DNA of 64,000 bases from Octopus vulgaris. Its lineage: Eukaryota. Positions 14,770-28,438 of the stretch are shown here, piece by piece; within the stretch, counting starts at the first letter, position 1; every line of letters begins with the position of its first letter. The DNA lies in contig OX597830.1 of the NCBI GenBank assembly GCA_951406725.2, forward strand, positions 30,690,001-30,754,000, written 5' to 3'. The position numbers and the translations under genes were made by a program. The notes beneath the pieces were generated by a model. That model saw only the letters and a list, made by a program, of their open reading frames with translations, searched no databases and was not told where the DNA came from.

Positions 14770-15204
14770 AGAGTGTACTGCAAGCTTTATTTAGCACGAC
14801 GATCGTTTCGGCTTGCACTGCTCCCTTGGGTGCACCTTTGTGGGTGAGGAACGACATAATGCAATCGAACACCACAACCTTTTGAGCGATATTCATTCAA
14901 AGGCAATTCTGACCTTCCCATTTATTCTTTATATTTGATTCTCCGCAGCTTTTACCTACCACATCTCGAAAACGTACCAAACATCCTCGTTCATTAATGC
15001 ATTTGCGAACCAATATAAATGCAAGCATTCTTCCACACACAGTAGCGAAATGTACATATAATAACACTGTAACTTATTATGTAACCCGGTGAGGTTTCTT
15101 CTGCTTTTTGGGGTACTTTTAATTCCATTAAATCGTTCTCCAACCACTAAGGGGCAGTGTAGACGTAAGACGAATCGATCATCGTGCTAGATAAAATACA
15201 CTCT
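14770..15204. repeat. Degenerate inverted repeat, ~60-bp arms
   Basis: 14770-14833 versus 15145-15204; contains GAAAC-GATC-GTC-GTGC on the minus strand. Confidence 0.7.
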
Positions 15205-15751
15205 GTCGCTCTTTAAAAATTATTTAAAATACATATAACGTGCGCCGAGGAATTCTTTACGTAGATCCTGCGACGCAACTGCAAGTACCGCGGATGATGC
15301 CTGTAAGTCGTATGTGGTGAACGCGCTCTCAAGTCACACTACTACGGACGTACCCAAAAGAAGGTTTGGATACTACATTTTAAAGACTCTTATCTAATCC
15401 TTAATTTTAGATATAACCTATATTTATATATGCATATATATGTTCATACATATTTATATAAATATCATCTATTTATTAATTCTTTCTGTCAATAGGCTGC
15501 AGTCATGCTGGATCACGACCTTGAAGTTTCTAGCACAAATCGTTTCTAGAATAAAGTTTCTAGAAGAAAGTTCCAGAACAAATTAACTCCAGAATTTTTT
15601 CCTCCTAATCCTAGTATTTATTCTGTCGGTCTCTGTTGCCGAACCGCTAAGTTACGGAGACGTAAACAAACCAACTTCGGTTGTCAAGCGGTGGTGGGAA
15701 AAATACAAGCACAAAGACACACAAGCAAACACAGGGATAAACGGGTGGATG

Positions 15752-15841
<90 letters not shown>

Positions 15842-17058
15842 GAGATATATATACACATAAATACATAAATAGCAAGATATACATATATACACATATACAC
15901 ATATTTATATATATATATATATATATACTTACCATACATACATATACAGGCATATGAATATATACATGTATATATACATAAATGTATGCATATATATATA
16001 TATACGTATACACACACACATTTACATATTTATATATGTCTGTAAACATACAATACATACATACGTATTTACATATATACCCACTTATATTTACATATAC
16101 ACGTATACATACATACATAGACAAAAATGGGAGCAGACAGAGAACGACAGGCAGACAGACGGCAGACGGAGATAAATACATGCGTACTCAGACAAAAGCA
16201 TTGATGCATCCACCGATCTCTCCGTGCATACACACTACACACAGCCAATACACACACACACACGTTCGAAGCCCGCGCATACACACACATACACACACAC
16301 ATGCATACGCACATCAATAAGTAATTGGATCGCATCACCCTATAGCTCACTGGCATCCGAATGTATATTTATGACGATTAAACGAAGAAACCTAGTGCCC
16401 TACGAAGAAAATCTAAACATGAACAGTCTGACACTTCACTCTTACACAGCAACCATTTCTCAAGCACAAGTAATGCATATGAAGCAAGATGAAAATGTCA
16501 TACATGATGGATCCCTTAGTAAGGTGAGGGCAAGAAATTAATACCTTTACAAGGTTATAGTAAAGAAAAAAAAATAAGAGCGTGCGTAGTAGTTTCTTAC
16601 CATATAGCACTCGTATCATGTACAACACATTTACCGTGTCTTTGCTGACTCCTATGTATGGCCTTTTGAATTATTCATTACAAGAACACAAGATGGCTGC
16701 AATAGTTCGGAAAGTGTTCTTTTAATATTTACAGCGTTTAATGAAAATATTAAAATCAATGAAGACGTAGACAGATGATATTTAGCTACGTAAGGAATGA
16801 GGCCGAAGTTTTGAAATCAGTCGTGGTTGTATGAGGTTCAGATAACGATACTGAGGCGTTGTTATTTGCTGTGGAGAAGGGAGCTCAGCAGCAACTGCTG
16901 TCTTTCGCAGACATGAAAGCGATAACATTATCAGGATTGCAAATAATTCTGAAAAGAGACGTGAAGTACAAACTGACTCTGACCTCTCTCCGTGCCCAAG
17001 GAAATAACGAAGGATCCTGTCATATGGTCGCTTGACCTTTTAGTAATAACATTCAAAT

Positions 17059-17167
<109 letters not shown>

Positions 17168-17451
17168 GTGCGTGCTTATGTATGTATATCAACTTGTAGC
17201 TAGTTCCAGTATGCTTCGGCCATATGAAAAGCCCGTACCAAAAGCCATTCACTGTTGTTAAATGAACAGAAACTGTGGAAATGCAGTCTACGCTTGATGC
17301 AGAAAACTTAATGTAAGCGAACAAAGTCAGTTCGAAGCGCCCCTCATCCAGACTGATAGATGCATGCATTTTGGAATAGTCATCTCCTTTTCAGCCTCAG
17401 ATACTCAAGAGGGGAAGCGCTACTAACTGACAAAGAAATAAATTTCTCTTA

Positions 17452-17847
17452 GGCGCAGGAGTGGCTGTGTGGTAAGTAGCTTGCTTACCAACCACATGAT
17501 CCGAGTTCAGTCTAACTGTGTGGCACCTTGAGCAAGTGTCTTCTACTTTACTCGGGCCGACCAAAGTTTGTGAGTGTATTTGGGAGACAGAAACTGAAAG
17601 AAGCCCGTCGTATATATGTATATATATATATGTATGAGTATATGCTTGTGTGTCTGTGCTTGTCCCTCCAACATCACTTGACAATCGATGCTGGTGTGTT
17701 TATGTCCCCGTGACTTAGCGGTTCGGCAAAAAGAGACCGATAGAATAAGTACCAGGCTTACAAAGAATAAGTCCTGGGGTCGATTTGCTCGACTAAAAAG
17801 GCGGTGCTCCAGAATAGCCGCAGTCAAATGACTGAAACAAGTAAAAG
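17452..17847 (+). mobile_element. tRNA-derived SINE family A (CORE-like), full length
   Basis: Head GGCGCAGGAGTGGCTGTGTGGTAAG...GAGTTCAGTC (A/B boxes), CORE-like GGCACCTTGAGCAAGTGTCTT, internal microsatellite, tail CAGTCAAATGACTGAAACAAGTAAAAG. Confidence 0.9.
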
Positions 17848-18185
17848 AAAAAAAATACTCCACTCAGTGTACTGTAACTGGTTGAGCTAATCAACGGCTC
17901 GGCCGAACTAAACGAAGAATTAGAAGCGCTAAACAAAGATGTGTATGAATATAAACTCGTTGGCAGTGCAAATAACTACTCCGAAATGTCTGGGTGGAGA
18001 ACGCTTGGAACTGACTTGGTGTATTTGCACCTGCTCAGGGTGCTATGTAGTCGATATGAATCAAGACCTCATGGTTGGGAAGCAATCTTCTCAACCACAA
18101 TGGTTCCACAGCGAATTTTCTCTCTGCTCAGAGTCAATAATTTGTGTATGCGTGCGCAGACACTCTATCATGCAAACACAGCCGC

Positions 18186-18527
18186 AAAATGTGCTGTACT
18201 CAATATTTTTCGTAAATAATTTTTATGCTTGATATAACCTTGGCTTATGAAAGAGTAAACAGACTTTGCCATGTTTTATCGTACCAATCTTTTGTTGTAA
18301 TCTCTTCTCTATATCATTCCCTTGTAAAACATTTCTTCAAATTTACATGCATAATGAAAGTAGCGATGCAGTTGTTAAATGTACAGAAACCGTGGAAGTA
18401 CGGTTTACAGCTGATGAGAGTCAATTAGTGTTCTATACATCTGCTCTCACATGTCCTATCGTTTCCTCACCCTCTCTCTCTCTCCTTCTCCCTCTTTCTC
18501 CTCTCTCTCTCTCTTTCGCTCACTCTC

Positions 18528-18563
<36 letters not shown>

Positions 18564-18899
18564 TTTGCACGCACACCACACACACAAAAGTAAATAAAAT
18601 GTGCTGTACACAATATCTTGCGTAAATTTCCCTTTGCTTTAAGTTGGCCTTGTGATACCGTAAACAGAACTTCCCTCACTTTCTGTTGCCTCAATCTTTT
18701 ATTGCCGTTCTCTCTTCTCTACAACATTCCCTAGTAAGATTTTTCTTCTTCTAAATCTGCATACATACTGAAAAGAGGGGTCCTGTTGTTAAATGTACAG
18801 AAACCATAGAAGTGCAGTCTACGGCTGATGAAGAAAACAGTCCTCTTGTTTCAACTCACCCATGTCTCTTTCTTTCACTCTCTTTTCCTCTCTCTTTCT

Positions 18900-18938
<39 letters not shown>

Positions 18939-18940
18939 CC
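18186..18940 (+). repeat. Diverged tandem dimer, ~410-bp unit
   Basis: Collinear blocks GTGCTGTAC.CAATAT (18191/18601), GTAAACAGA, CATTCCC, GTTGTTAAATGTACAGAAACC (18371/18785). Confidence 0.82.
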
Positions 18941-19180
18941 TACTACAAAACATATCTCAACTGGAGCAGAAATAATAAAGGACTCAGAGAAAAGAAGAGA
19001 GAGATTAAACGAGAGAGAGAGAGAAAGATTCTCTGTGCGGATGTGTGTGTGTATACGTGCATGTACATACATCTATACGGACATGCACGCAAAGCTATAT
19101 GAGCGGGTCCACACACCCACCGTATACAGCCACATACTTGCGCGTTACGCTTCTTCCTACCTCTCCTCCAACAACCTGAC

Positions 19181-19249
19181 CGATTTCCTGTCCACCACGC
19201 GGTCGATTTCCGGTCCACCACGTGGTCTATTTCCTGTTCACCATGTGGT
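19181..19249 (+). repeat. 23-bp minisatellite x3
   Basis: CGATTTCCTGTCCACCACGCGGT / CGATTTCCGGTCCACCACGTGGT / CTATTTCCTGTTCACCATGTGGT. Confidence 0.9.
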
Positions 19250-19288
19250 GTTTTCCAACTAACTGTCGTCACTGATATACGGTTATAC

Positions 19289-19447
19289 CAACATCAAAAC
19301 ACGACACCACGTGACCTTCTTCGACCAATCGCAGCCCACCATACGGTAATAACAATCAGCTTCATTCATTCAAATACAAAATGGCTGAAGATTAGCATCA
19401 CGCTTGAAACTCGGAGTCCCAGCGACTTTGAATCAAAATGTTTTGAT
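19289..19447. mobile_element. Partial copy of the 50024-50267 MITE
   Basis: CAACATCAAAAC...GACCAATCGCAGCCCACC...GCATCACGCTTGAAACTC...TTTTGAT matches the reverse complement of 50024-50182. Confidence 0.75.
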
Positions 19448-19452
19448 CCATA

Positions 19453-19484
<32 letters not shown>

Positions 19485-19487
<3 letters not shown>

Positions 19488-19808
19488 TCTATCTCCCCCT
19501 CTCACACTTTCTCTAAACTCACACGCATTTACATACGTGCACACATTTACATACGTGCACACATCTACATATGCGCACACATTCACGCATACATTCATCC
19601 CGACACACATACACACGCACAAACACCCAAACTCATGCATACACGCACACACACAGGTGTATGCATATATATATATATATATATATATATACATGCGTGT
19701 GTATGTGTCGGGATGAATGTATGCGTGAATGTGTGCGCATATGTAGATGTGTGCACGTATGTAAATGCGTGTGAGTTTAGAGAAAGTGTGAGAGGGGGAG
19801 ATAGAGAA
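19485..19808. repeat. Inverted duplication (~115-bp arms) around (TA)n
   Basis: 19485-19619 versus 19694-19808; the left arm has an extra 18-bp tandem copy. Confidence 0.92.
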
Positions 19809-19815
19809 GGAAACA

Positions 19816-19875
<60 letters not shown>

Positions 19876-20658
19876 GAAAGAGAGAGAGAGAGAGAAAATG
19901 AAAGACTAATGTTTTAGAAAATGGCTGCCGCGTTAATTCGGTTTATCAAAAAATGTGATTTATCAAAACAAAGCAACAAAAAAAAAGCGAATTATAAAAC
20001 AAAACAAACAAAAATCAGTACAAACAAACAAGCAAGAAAAAAATCGTATTGATAAGCTATGTCAGTAAAACAACAGATAGGAAAGATTCATAAGCATTAA
20101 TGTAGTCCAGTAATTTACGGAAACGGTGTATAATTACCCGTGGTAGCCCTATGCAAAAGCGAGGAACGACCGGAAGTGATGCAGTGGAGAAGGGGGATGA
20201 AAGACGGAAATTAAGTGATAGAATGAAAGAACAGTGTTGCTAGAGAGAGTGAGAGAGGTGGGATTGGAAGAAAAAAAATGTGAATGTGTATATGTGTATG
20301 TGTGTGCGTTTGCATGTGTGTGCGTGCGCGAGTGTGTGTGTTTAACAATGATTAGAGAGGTCTGTGCGCAGAGGTAGAAGCATAAATTATAGAGTCAGTG
20401 TATCTATAAGCAGTAACAAGAATGTACATAAATCTGTGTGCGTTCGTTATTTATAATTAAGCTAAGTAAAGGGTGCGAGGTGGAGCTCTAAGCTGTCTGA
20501 GCGTGTGTGAAGTCGTGTACGAGATTTATATATATACATGTTTGTAATGTGCGTGTGTGTGACTGTGAGTGCGTATCTGTGTGTGCGTATGCGTGTATTT
20601 GTGTGTGTGCATGAGTGAGAGTATGTGTATACACACATAGATATACACAAACATACAC

Positions 20659-20706
<48 letters not shown>

Positions 20707-20914
20707 TTATATTCATTCAGACATACTAATTTATGTAATACTTATACGTGGGGTGCGTAGTATCGTATAAAAACCGATGTTTGTGGAACAAGGGATGTTA
20801 AAATATGAATTTTTTTTTATAGAACATGATAGATAAGCACATGTACTATTGTATATGAACTAATTCTTACATATTTCAAAATGTTTTTGTTCTTCAATAC
20901 ACACATTCGACCAA

Positions 20915-21293
20915 AAGTAGCTTGCTAACCAACCACATGGTTCCGGGTTCAGTCCCACTGCGTGGCATCTTGAGCAAGTGTCTTCTGCTATAGCCCCGGG
21001 CCGATCAAAGCCTTGTGAGTGGATTTGGTAGACGGAAACTGAAAGAAGCCTGTCGTATATATGTGTGTGTGTGTTTGTGTGTCTTTGTTTGTCCCCCTAG
21101 CATTGCCTGACAACCGATGCTGGTGTGTTTACGTCCCCGTCACTTAGTGGTTCGGCAAAAAGAGACCGATAGAATAAGTACTGGGCTTACAAAGAATAAG
21201 TTCCGGGGTCGATTTGCTCGACTAAAGGCGGTGCTCCAGCATGGCCGCAGTCAAATGACTGAAACAAGTAAAAGAGTAAAAGAGTAAAAGAGT
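20915..21293 (+). mobile_element. SINE family A, 5'-truncated, (GTAAAAGA)n tail
   Basis: High similarity to 17452. Confidence 0.9.
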
Positions 21294-21617
21294 AACTGCA
21301 CACACACGCGCTCATAAATACACACACACACATGTCTGTGTGTGCGCGCGCGTGTTTGTGTGTATCCAGGGTGGAAGTAATCTTATCAATAATGGCTGAA
21401 ATTGCGTTCGACCTCTCTGGCCTGTAACTGATGAAGACTTGGTGACCCTCTGTGCTTTCTGCTCGCCTGTGTACTTAGTATATGTTTGTTTATTTACTAT
21501 ACGTTTTTCAATTATATATATGGTTAGCCATATTGAGATGGCAAATATACCTCACATTGTCGTGCAGTTACTGTTTATACCTCGTTCAGGGATTTATTAT
21601 TGTATATATATATATAT

Positions 21618-21892
21618 ATCACGTAACCGACCAGGCTATCAGATGTTGCTGATCACAATGCGCTTCGCATTGTTTTACCCCGCTGGCTAAGCGAGCAGGC
21701 CAACAGAAGAAAGAGTGAGAGAAAGTTGTGGCGAAAGAGTACAGCAGGGATCGCCACCACACCCTGCCGGAGCCTCGTGGAGCTTTTTGGTGTTTTCGCT
21801 CAATAAACACTCACAACGCCCGGTCTGGGAATCGAAACCGCGATCCTACGACCGCGAGCCCGCTGCCCTAACCACTGAGCCATTGTGCCTCC
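21618..21892 (-). mobile_element. SINE family C
   Basis: Reverse complement of the 55474 element. Confidence 0.88.
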
Positions 21893-21954
21893 ACATATAT
21901 ATATATATAAAACTTACTTGGAAGAGAATATATATATATATGTGTGTGTGTGTA

Positions 21955-22575
21955 TGTATGTGGGCACAGGACGTCACGAAGCGTGTATAACGAAAAAGTA
22001 CGAAGTACGAGTACATGGAATGTGAACTGTTTTCTCAAACAATGAAAGACACAAATGGAAAACAAGACAAACAACAAAAAGAACGACCCTTCATCAGTTA
22101 TTGGCTGTTTTTCTACTCTCGTATTTCGAGCATTTAACAACAATATACGCTTTCGATGAAACAGCTCCTCTCGCAAACCAAATTAAATAAAATTGGGGAT
22201 TTTGCGAGGGTCAAAATTAGTAAAACAAACAGGACAGTGAAAATAGACAGGAAGGGCTGGTAAGCCTAAGCGAGGTTGTGGTGGCGAATGCGTAAAGCAA
22301 GTTGGACAGGAAACAGACAAGAACACGCCTTCATTGTTCCAGCTACAACGGAGAGAAAGAAAGAAACACAAGTTAAGAGAAGAAAAAAAGATAGTCGATG
22401 GTCACGAGGGAGCCACGTGAGCAAAGGAGGAGGGGTGAGGTAGAGAGAATGACAGAATAATAGGATAATATAGTGGGAGAAGAGGAGGTAAAAAAATAAG
22501 AGAGTGAAAGAGGGAAATACGAAAGCGTAAAAAGATAACACGTACTTGGAAGAGGATGCGTGGCGTTCAATCATG
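21955..22575 (-). mobile_element. Penelope-like element 3' remnant
   Basis: Minus strand *LNATHPLPS (GLN-type ORF end), pyrimidine-rich UTR, hairpin TCGCAAA/TTTGCGA, GAAA...CTGATGA motif; tail duplicated at 23348-23446. Confidence 0.55.
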
Positions 22576-22717
22576 CAATAATATAAATAATAATAATAAT
22601 AATAATAATGATAATAATAATAATAATAATAATAATTATAATAATAATAATAATAATAACAATAATAATAATTATTATATATATATATATATACGTATGT
22701 ATATAATGTATATATGC

Positions 22718-22763
<46 letters not shown>

Positions 22764-22765
<2 letters not shown>

Positions 22766-23155
22766 TAGCAGTATCGCCCGGCGTTGCTCGGGTTTGTTAG
22801 GGAAATAACTATATAAGCATTTTAGAGAGTTATAGCCCAAAAATAGCAAAAAAATGCATTAAAAATGGAAAACAAATGAGGCTAATTTTTTTTAAACCGT
22901 TGACTCATCGTAGACATTTTTAGAGAGTTACTTCCCTTATATAATAGCGAAAAAAATGCATTAAAATGGAAAAAAATGATGGTAAATTTTTTTAAATCGT
23001 AGACTCATCGTAGACGCGCGCTAATACCCAGAAGGGCTCGATATGAATCACGACTATAAGATACCCGGTTTTGGTTAAACCGCACCGCAAAATGTGGGAG
23101 TAGTTAGCAATATAAATCGTAGGGGACAGACACACAACTTCTGTTTTATATATAA

Positions 23156-23158
<3 letters not shown>
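22764..23158 (-). mobile_element. Non-autonomous Helitron, same family
   Basis: Reverse complement of the 49079-49472 termini (CTAGCAGTATCGCCCGGCGTTGCTCGGG...TTTTATATATAAAGA), within (TA)n. Confidence 0.88.
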
Positions 23159-23239
<81 letters not shown>

Positions 23240-23275
23240 GCTTTTATACATACGTATATGTACATACATCTATAC

Positions 23276-23343
<68 letters not shown>

Positions 23344-23444
23344 GCATATGTGGGCACAGGACGTCACAAAACGTGTACAACAAAAAATACGAAGTACGAG
23401 TACATGGAATATGAACTATTTTTCGAACAACGAAAGACACAAAT

Positions 23445-23760
23445 GGAGCACCACCTTTAGTCGAACAAATCGTCCCCATGACTTATTCTTTCTAAGCTTA
23501 GTACTTACTCTAGCGGTCACTTTTGCTGAACCGCTAAGTTACGGGGATATAAACACACCAGCATCGGTTGTGAAGTGATGGTGACGGAGACAAACGCAGA
23601 CACACAAATATATATATAAATATACATATACGAGAGGATTCTTTCAGTTTCCGTCTACCTAATCCACACACAAGGCTTTGGTCGGCTACAGTAGAAAACA
23701 ATTGCCCAAGATATCACGCAGTGGGACTGAACCCGAATCAGGTGGTTTGGAAGCAAGCTT
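23445..23760 (-). mobile_element. SINE family A
   Basis: Reverse complement of core and body. Confidence 0.82.
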
Positions 23761-24084
23761 ATATACACAATATTAAGGATTCGAAAGAATCAGATACTGA
23801 AATGATCGGCACCTTTGTTACATCCAGTGAAATATTCATGTTATGTTTACAGATAATTTAGCCCTTCGATAGAATCAGGTTTGGTTCGCCCACTGTGGTC
23901 AAGTGTTGTTCTTAGATTGTTTGAAATATTATGTATCATATGAAGAAAGCGGTCATTTTTGTTTTGATGTAATGCACCCAATGATGTATTTTTAAAAAAA
24001 TCTGTTAGAAACAGCGGTCATGAAGTGACATTTATCCATCGTATGTTATTTCTTTGTTCATATATATATATATATCTACGTATG

Positions 24085-24115
<31 letters not shown>

Positions 24116-25049
24116 ATATGTATGTATGTATGTATGTGTCTGTGTGTGTATGTATGTATGTATGTATGCATGTATGTATGTATGTATGTATGTATGTGTG
24201 CATGTATGTATGTATGTATGTATGTATGTATGTATGTGTATGTATGTATGTATGTATGTATGTATATGTGTGTGTATGTATGTATGTATGTATTTATGTA
24301 TGTATGTATGTATGTATGAATGTATGTATAAAGCACCGACTGCACAATATGTACGCAAATATATACCAAGAATGTATCAAAGGTCTGTCTGAGCGATAGG
24401 CTTATAACGCCAATTTCCCGGATTCTTTGGTGTATATATCAAACTGGATGAGACGCTGGTTCATTTTTGCTCGCTGAGTAAAATGGAATAACTTGCTCAA
24501 GAACTCAAAGCTTCATTCGGTGCAGGAATCGAGATCACACTCGTACGATCATGAGTGCAACACTATAATCACTGAGCCTCGCGCGCGCACACCGAAGGAT
24601 CATACGAGTAGTTACTGCCATCTTTGAAATCTTTCGTCCAGCTTCCCTCACCTGGGCTCAAACCCTTAGGTCTCTCCTGCACGCCATGTTGCCATACACC
24701 TCTGTCGTCCATCGAAAATGTGCGCATACATATATGCACACATGCATACATATATACATATATACATACATACATGCATACATACACACATACATACATA
24801 CATACATACATACATACATACATACATACATACATACATACATACATACATACATACTTACTTATGTACGTACTACACACGTATATACATATATACATAT
24901 ACATATGTGTTCGTGCATGTCTGTATATATATATATACAGAGAGAGAGAGAGAGAGCGAGATGAGGGGAAAGAGAGAAATCAAATAATCGAACATTAAAA
25001 ATAACAATAACAAAACTGTATCGGTTTGACGCTCAATAAAAGAGAAGGT

Positions 25050-25083
25050 TTTCGACGTTTCAAGCTTAGCTCTTCGTTAGAAA
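25050..25083 (-). ncRNA. Minimal hammerhead motif, degenerate
   Basis: Minus strand TTT-CTAACGA-A-GAGC-TAA-GCTT-GAAAC-GTC-GAAA. Confidence 0.62.
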
Positions 25084-25142
25084 GAAAAACGGAAACGTCC
25101 AGAGAAGGAAAAATATCACCAACAGCACATGTGTACTTTTAC

Positions 25143-25208
<66 letters not shown>

Positions 25209-25650
25209 TCACACGCACACACATATACGCATATGTATGTATGTATGCATGCGTATGTAATATATTTATAAGTATCTGTAGGCATGAACAAAGAAGAGGA
25301 AATTATAGGCAAGTTTGCGGTGTTTAGTTAACGTAGATAAGTAATACAAAAGAAGCACCTACCCAACCTGAGGGAAGTTCTTCTAAGAAAACCGCTTTTA
25401 CAAAATCTATGTAAAGTAGGAAATAGGAGAAATGAGGGAAAACAGGAAAAAAAACAATCCATTCACTGATATACTCATAAGTATAAGTATATATGAATGT
25501 GCGGGTCTACGCGCGTATGTATGTGAGTGTGTATGTATTTAAATGTGTGGCGTGTGTGTGCGCGCGTGTATATGCATGGGTGTGTGGGATATGTATGTAT
25601 ATAGAGAAAGCTAGCAAGATACTTTTATGATTAGGCAGATGGACAGGTGA

Positions 25651-25763
<113 letters not shown>

Positions 25764-26574
25764 TAGATGCATACATACGTAACTTGGGATGCGTGTTGTA
25801 TAGGTATGCATATGCACATGTGTGTGTATATATATGTGTGTGTTTGTGTGTGTGTATAGAATACTTTCATATATATGTATATATGTGTATGTGTGCATGC
25901 ATGTATGTGTGTATGCATGTGTGTGTATAGGTATGTATTATGTAAGTATAAGTATGTATGAGTGTATGTATACATGAGTATATGAGTATACGAAGGTATA
26001 TAGATATGTATATATGGTTACATATATATATGTGTGTGTATGTGTATGCGTACATCTATAGGTATATGTACATAAGTACTCGCACAGACACAAAAACACG
26101 CACACAAACACACAAAAACTCACAAACACGCAAACACGCCAGCACAATAGCGAGCGCACAAACATTAACATGAGAAAAATTCGCCAGCTTATTAAAACGG
26201 AAAATGAGTGCAGGGAAATAGTTTGTGATTAGATATACAAGTTTGGCAACGATTAATCAGTCATAATTAATGCGCCCTAAGACCGGATGTTTTTGTATGA
26301 AAAAATGCCGAAAGCTTATTAAGCCAATAAGAATGATAATATGACGTAGGGAAAGAAGATTGGGTAGGGAGGTGCGGGTGGGTGAACTAAATGAATAAAT
26401 GAAAATTAGCAGAGAAGTAAAGAAAAGAAATGAATGTAGGAAAATGAAAATATAAATGAGCACACAGAAATAAAGAAGAGAAACTGAAGGAAAGAAAATA
26501 ATCAAATGCTTAAACACGGGAGTGTAAGAAGCTTTTATAGTCAGGCACCTGTTGGAGACATCATGGCTCACCAT

Positions 26575-26634
<60 letters not shown>

Positions 26635-26651
26635 GTAGATAGGTAGATAGG

Positions 26652-26725
<74 letters not shown>

Positions 26726-26727
26726 TG

Positions 26728-27060
26728 TTTCTTTATTAGCCACACAGGGCTGCACACAGACAGGACAAATTACAAGCTAGAGCTTTTCTTTTGGGGGATG
26801 AAAAAAAGGGGGTTTGGTTTTCGATCAAAAGCGATCGTAAAGGGAAAGAAAGAGGACAAAAAAGGGGGGAATAAAATTTTTTTTTTTTAAAGTTGGGGAG
26901 AGGAAAAAAAAAGGGAAAGAAAAAAAATTGATCAATAGGGATCGTTATCACAGAAATGTCAATATGAAGTGTAAACGGGAGGACAGGTGAGGTTTACCCG
27001 TGGAAAGAAAAGCCTACGGAAAAGACCACGGTAACCTCGGTCAATGGAGTCACATGTTAT
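26728..27060 (-). mobile_element. Probable LINE 3' UTR inserted in (GATA)n
   Basis: Ends ...CTAATAAAGAAA on the minus strand and shares its terminal ~45 nt with SINE family B. Confidence 0.5.
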
Positions 27061-27074
27061 ATTTCTTTTTTTTT

Positions 27075-27144
<70 letters not shown>

Positions 27145-27449
27145 CGTTCGTGCAAATATATTAAGGGCATTACTATACATAAATGCCTCACGCTGGGAGG
27201 GACTCTTAAAGTCGAAACTACCATAATAAATAAACACATTGTACCGAACGCGAGGGAATGCAACTATCGAAGCCAGCATTTTAAAACCAGATTCAAGCTG
27301 CATATCATATGATTTCATAATTAGTGCACAACATGCACTTTTCAATCGTCAATGCAAGCATAATCAAGACGCATAAAAGTAAACAAAAAATGAACATACC
27401 AGACGAACACCAAATGTATCCAGCATAGTTCATAGAATTGTTCTATTGC

Positions 27450-27700
27450 GTGGTTAGGATCGCGGTTTCGATTCCCAGACCGGCCGTTGTGAGTGTTTAC
27501 TGAGCGAAAACGCCTAAAAGCTCCACGAGGCTCCAGCAGGGGGTGGTGATCACTGCTGTATTCACTCTTTCTTCCACTCTTCCTTCTGTTGGCCTGCTCG
27601 CTCAGCCAGCGGGGTGGCGTCATTCGAAGGCTAAAACAATGCGAACGCATTGTGACCAGCGATGTGTAACAACATCAGATGGTCTGGTCGGTCACGTGAT
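27450..27700 (+). mobile_element. SINE family C
   Basis: GGATCGCGGTTTCGATTCCCAGACCGG...GGTCGGTCACGTGAT. Confidence 0.85.
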
Positions 27701-27706
27701 CAGGTG

Positions 27707-27766
<60 letters not shown>

Positions 27767-28195
27767 CGCGCATATACACATGTGTATGTTCGTGTTTTGT
27801 CTGTCCCCACCAACATCGTTCGCTGACAACCGGAGTCGGTCTCTTTATGTCCCCGTCACTTAGCGGTTCGGTAAAGAGGGAAAGATAGAATAAGTGCCAG
27901 TTTTCAAAATTAAAAAAAAAAAAGCCACATCGGTCGATTTGGTAAAAAAAAAAAAAACCTTCGGGACAGTGCTCTAGCATGGCCGCAGTCCAATGAATGA
28001 AACACGTAGAAGATAAAAGTGATATACAAAATACATAAGTACGAGCGTATATATGTACATACATGCATACACACACACACATGCATACATACATACATAC
28101 ATACATACATACCTACATGCATGCATGCATGCATACATGCATACATACATACATACATACATACATACATACATACATACATACATACATACATA

Positions 28196-28359
28196 GGCGC
28201 AGGAGTGGTTGTGTGGTAAGCTTGCTTACCAACCTAATGGTTCGGGTTCATTCCCACTGCGTGGCACCTTGGGCAGCTGTCTTCTACTATAGCCTCGAGA
28301 CGACTAAAGCCATGTGAGTGGATTTGTTAGACGGAAACTGAAAGCCCGTCGTATATATG

Positions 28360-28438
<79 letters not shown>

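Noticed and set aside
19181-19249. CRISPR-like array
   Set aside because: Contiguous 23-bp units without spacers, no cas genes, eukaryotic context.
21428-21434. C/D-box snoRNA reading of the TGATGA motifs
   Set aside because: No consistently placed downstream D box or terminal stem, and some copies read CTGAAGA, which fits the variable N7 of a hammerhead core better.
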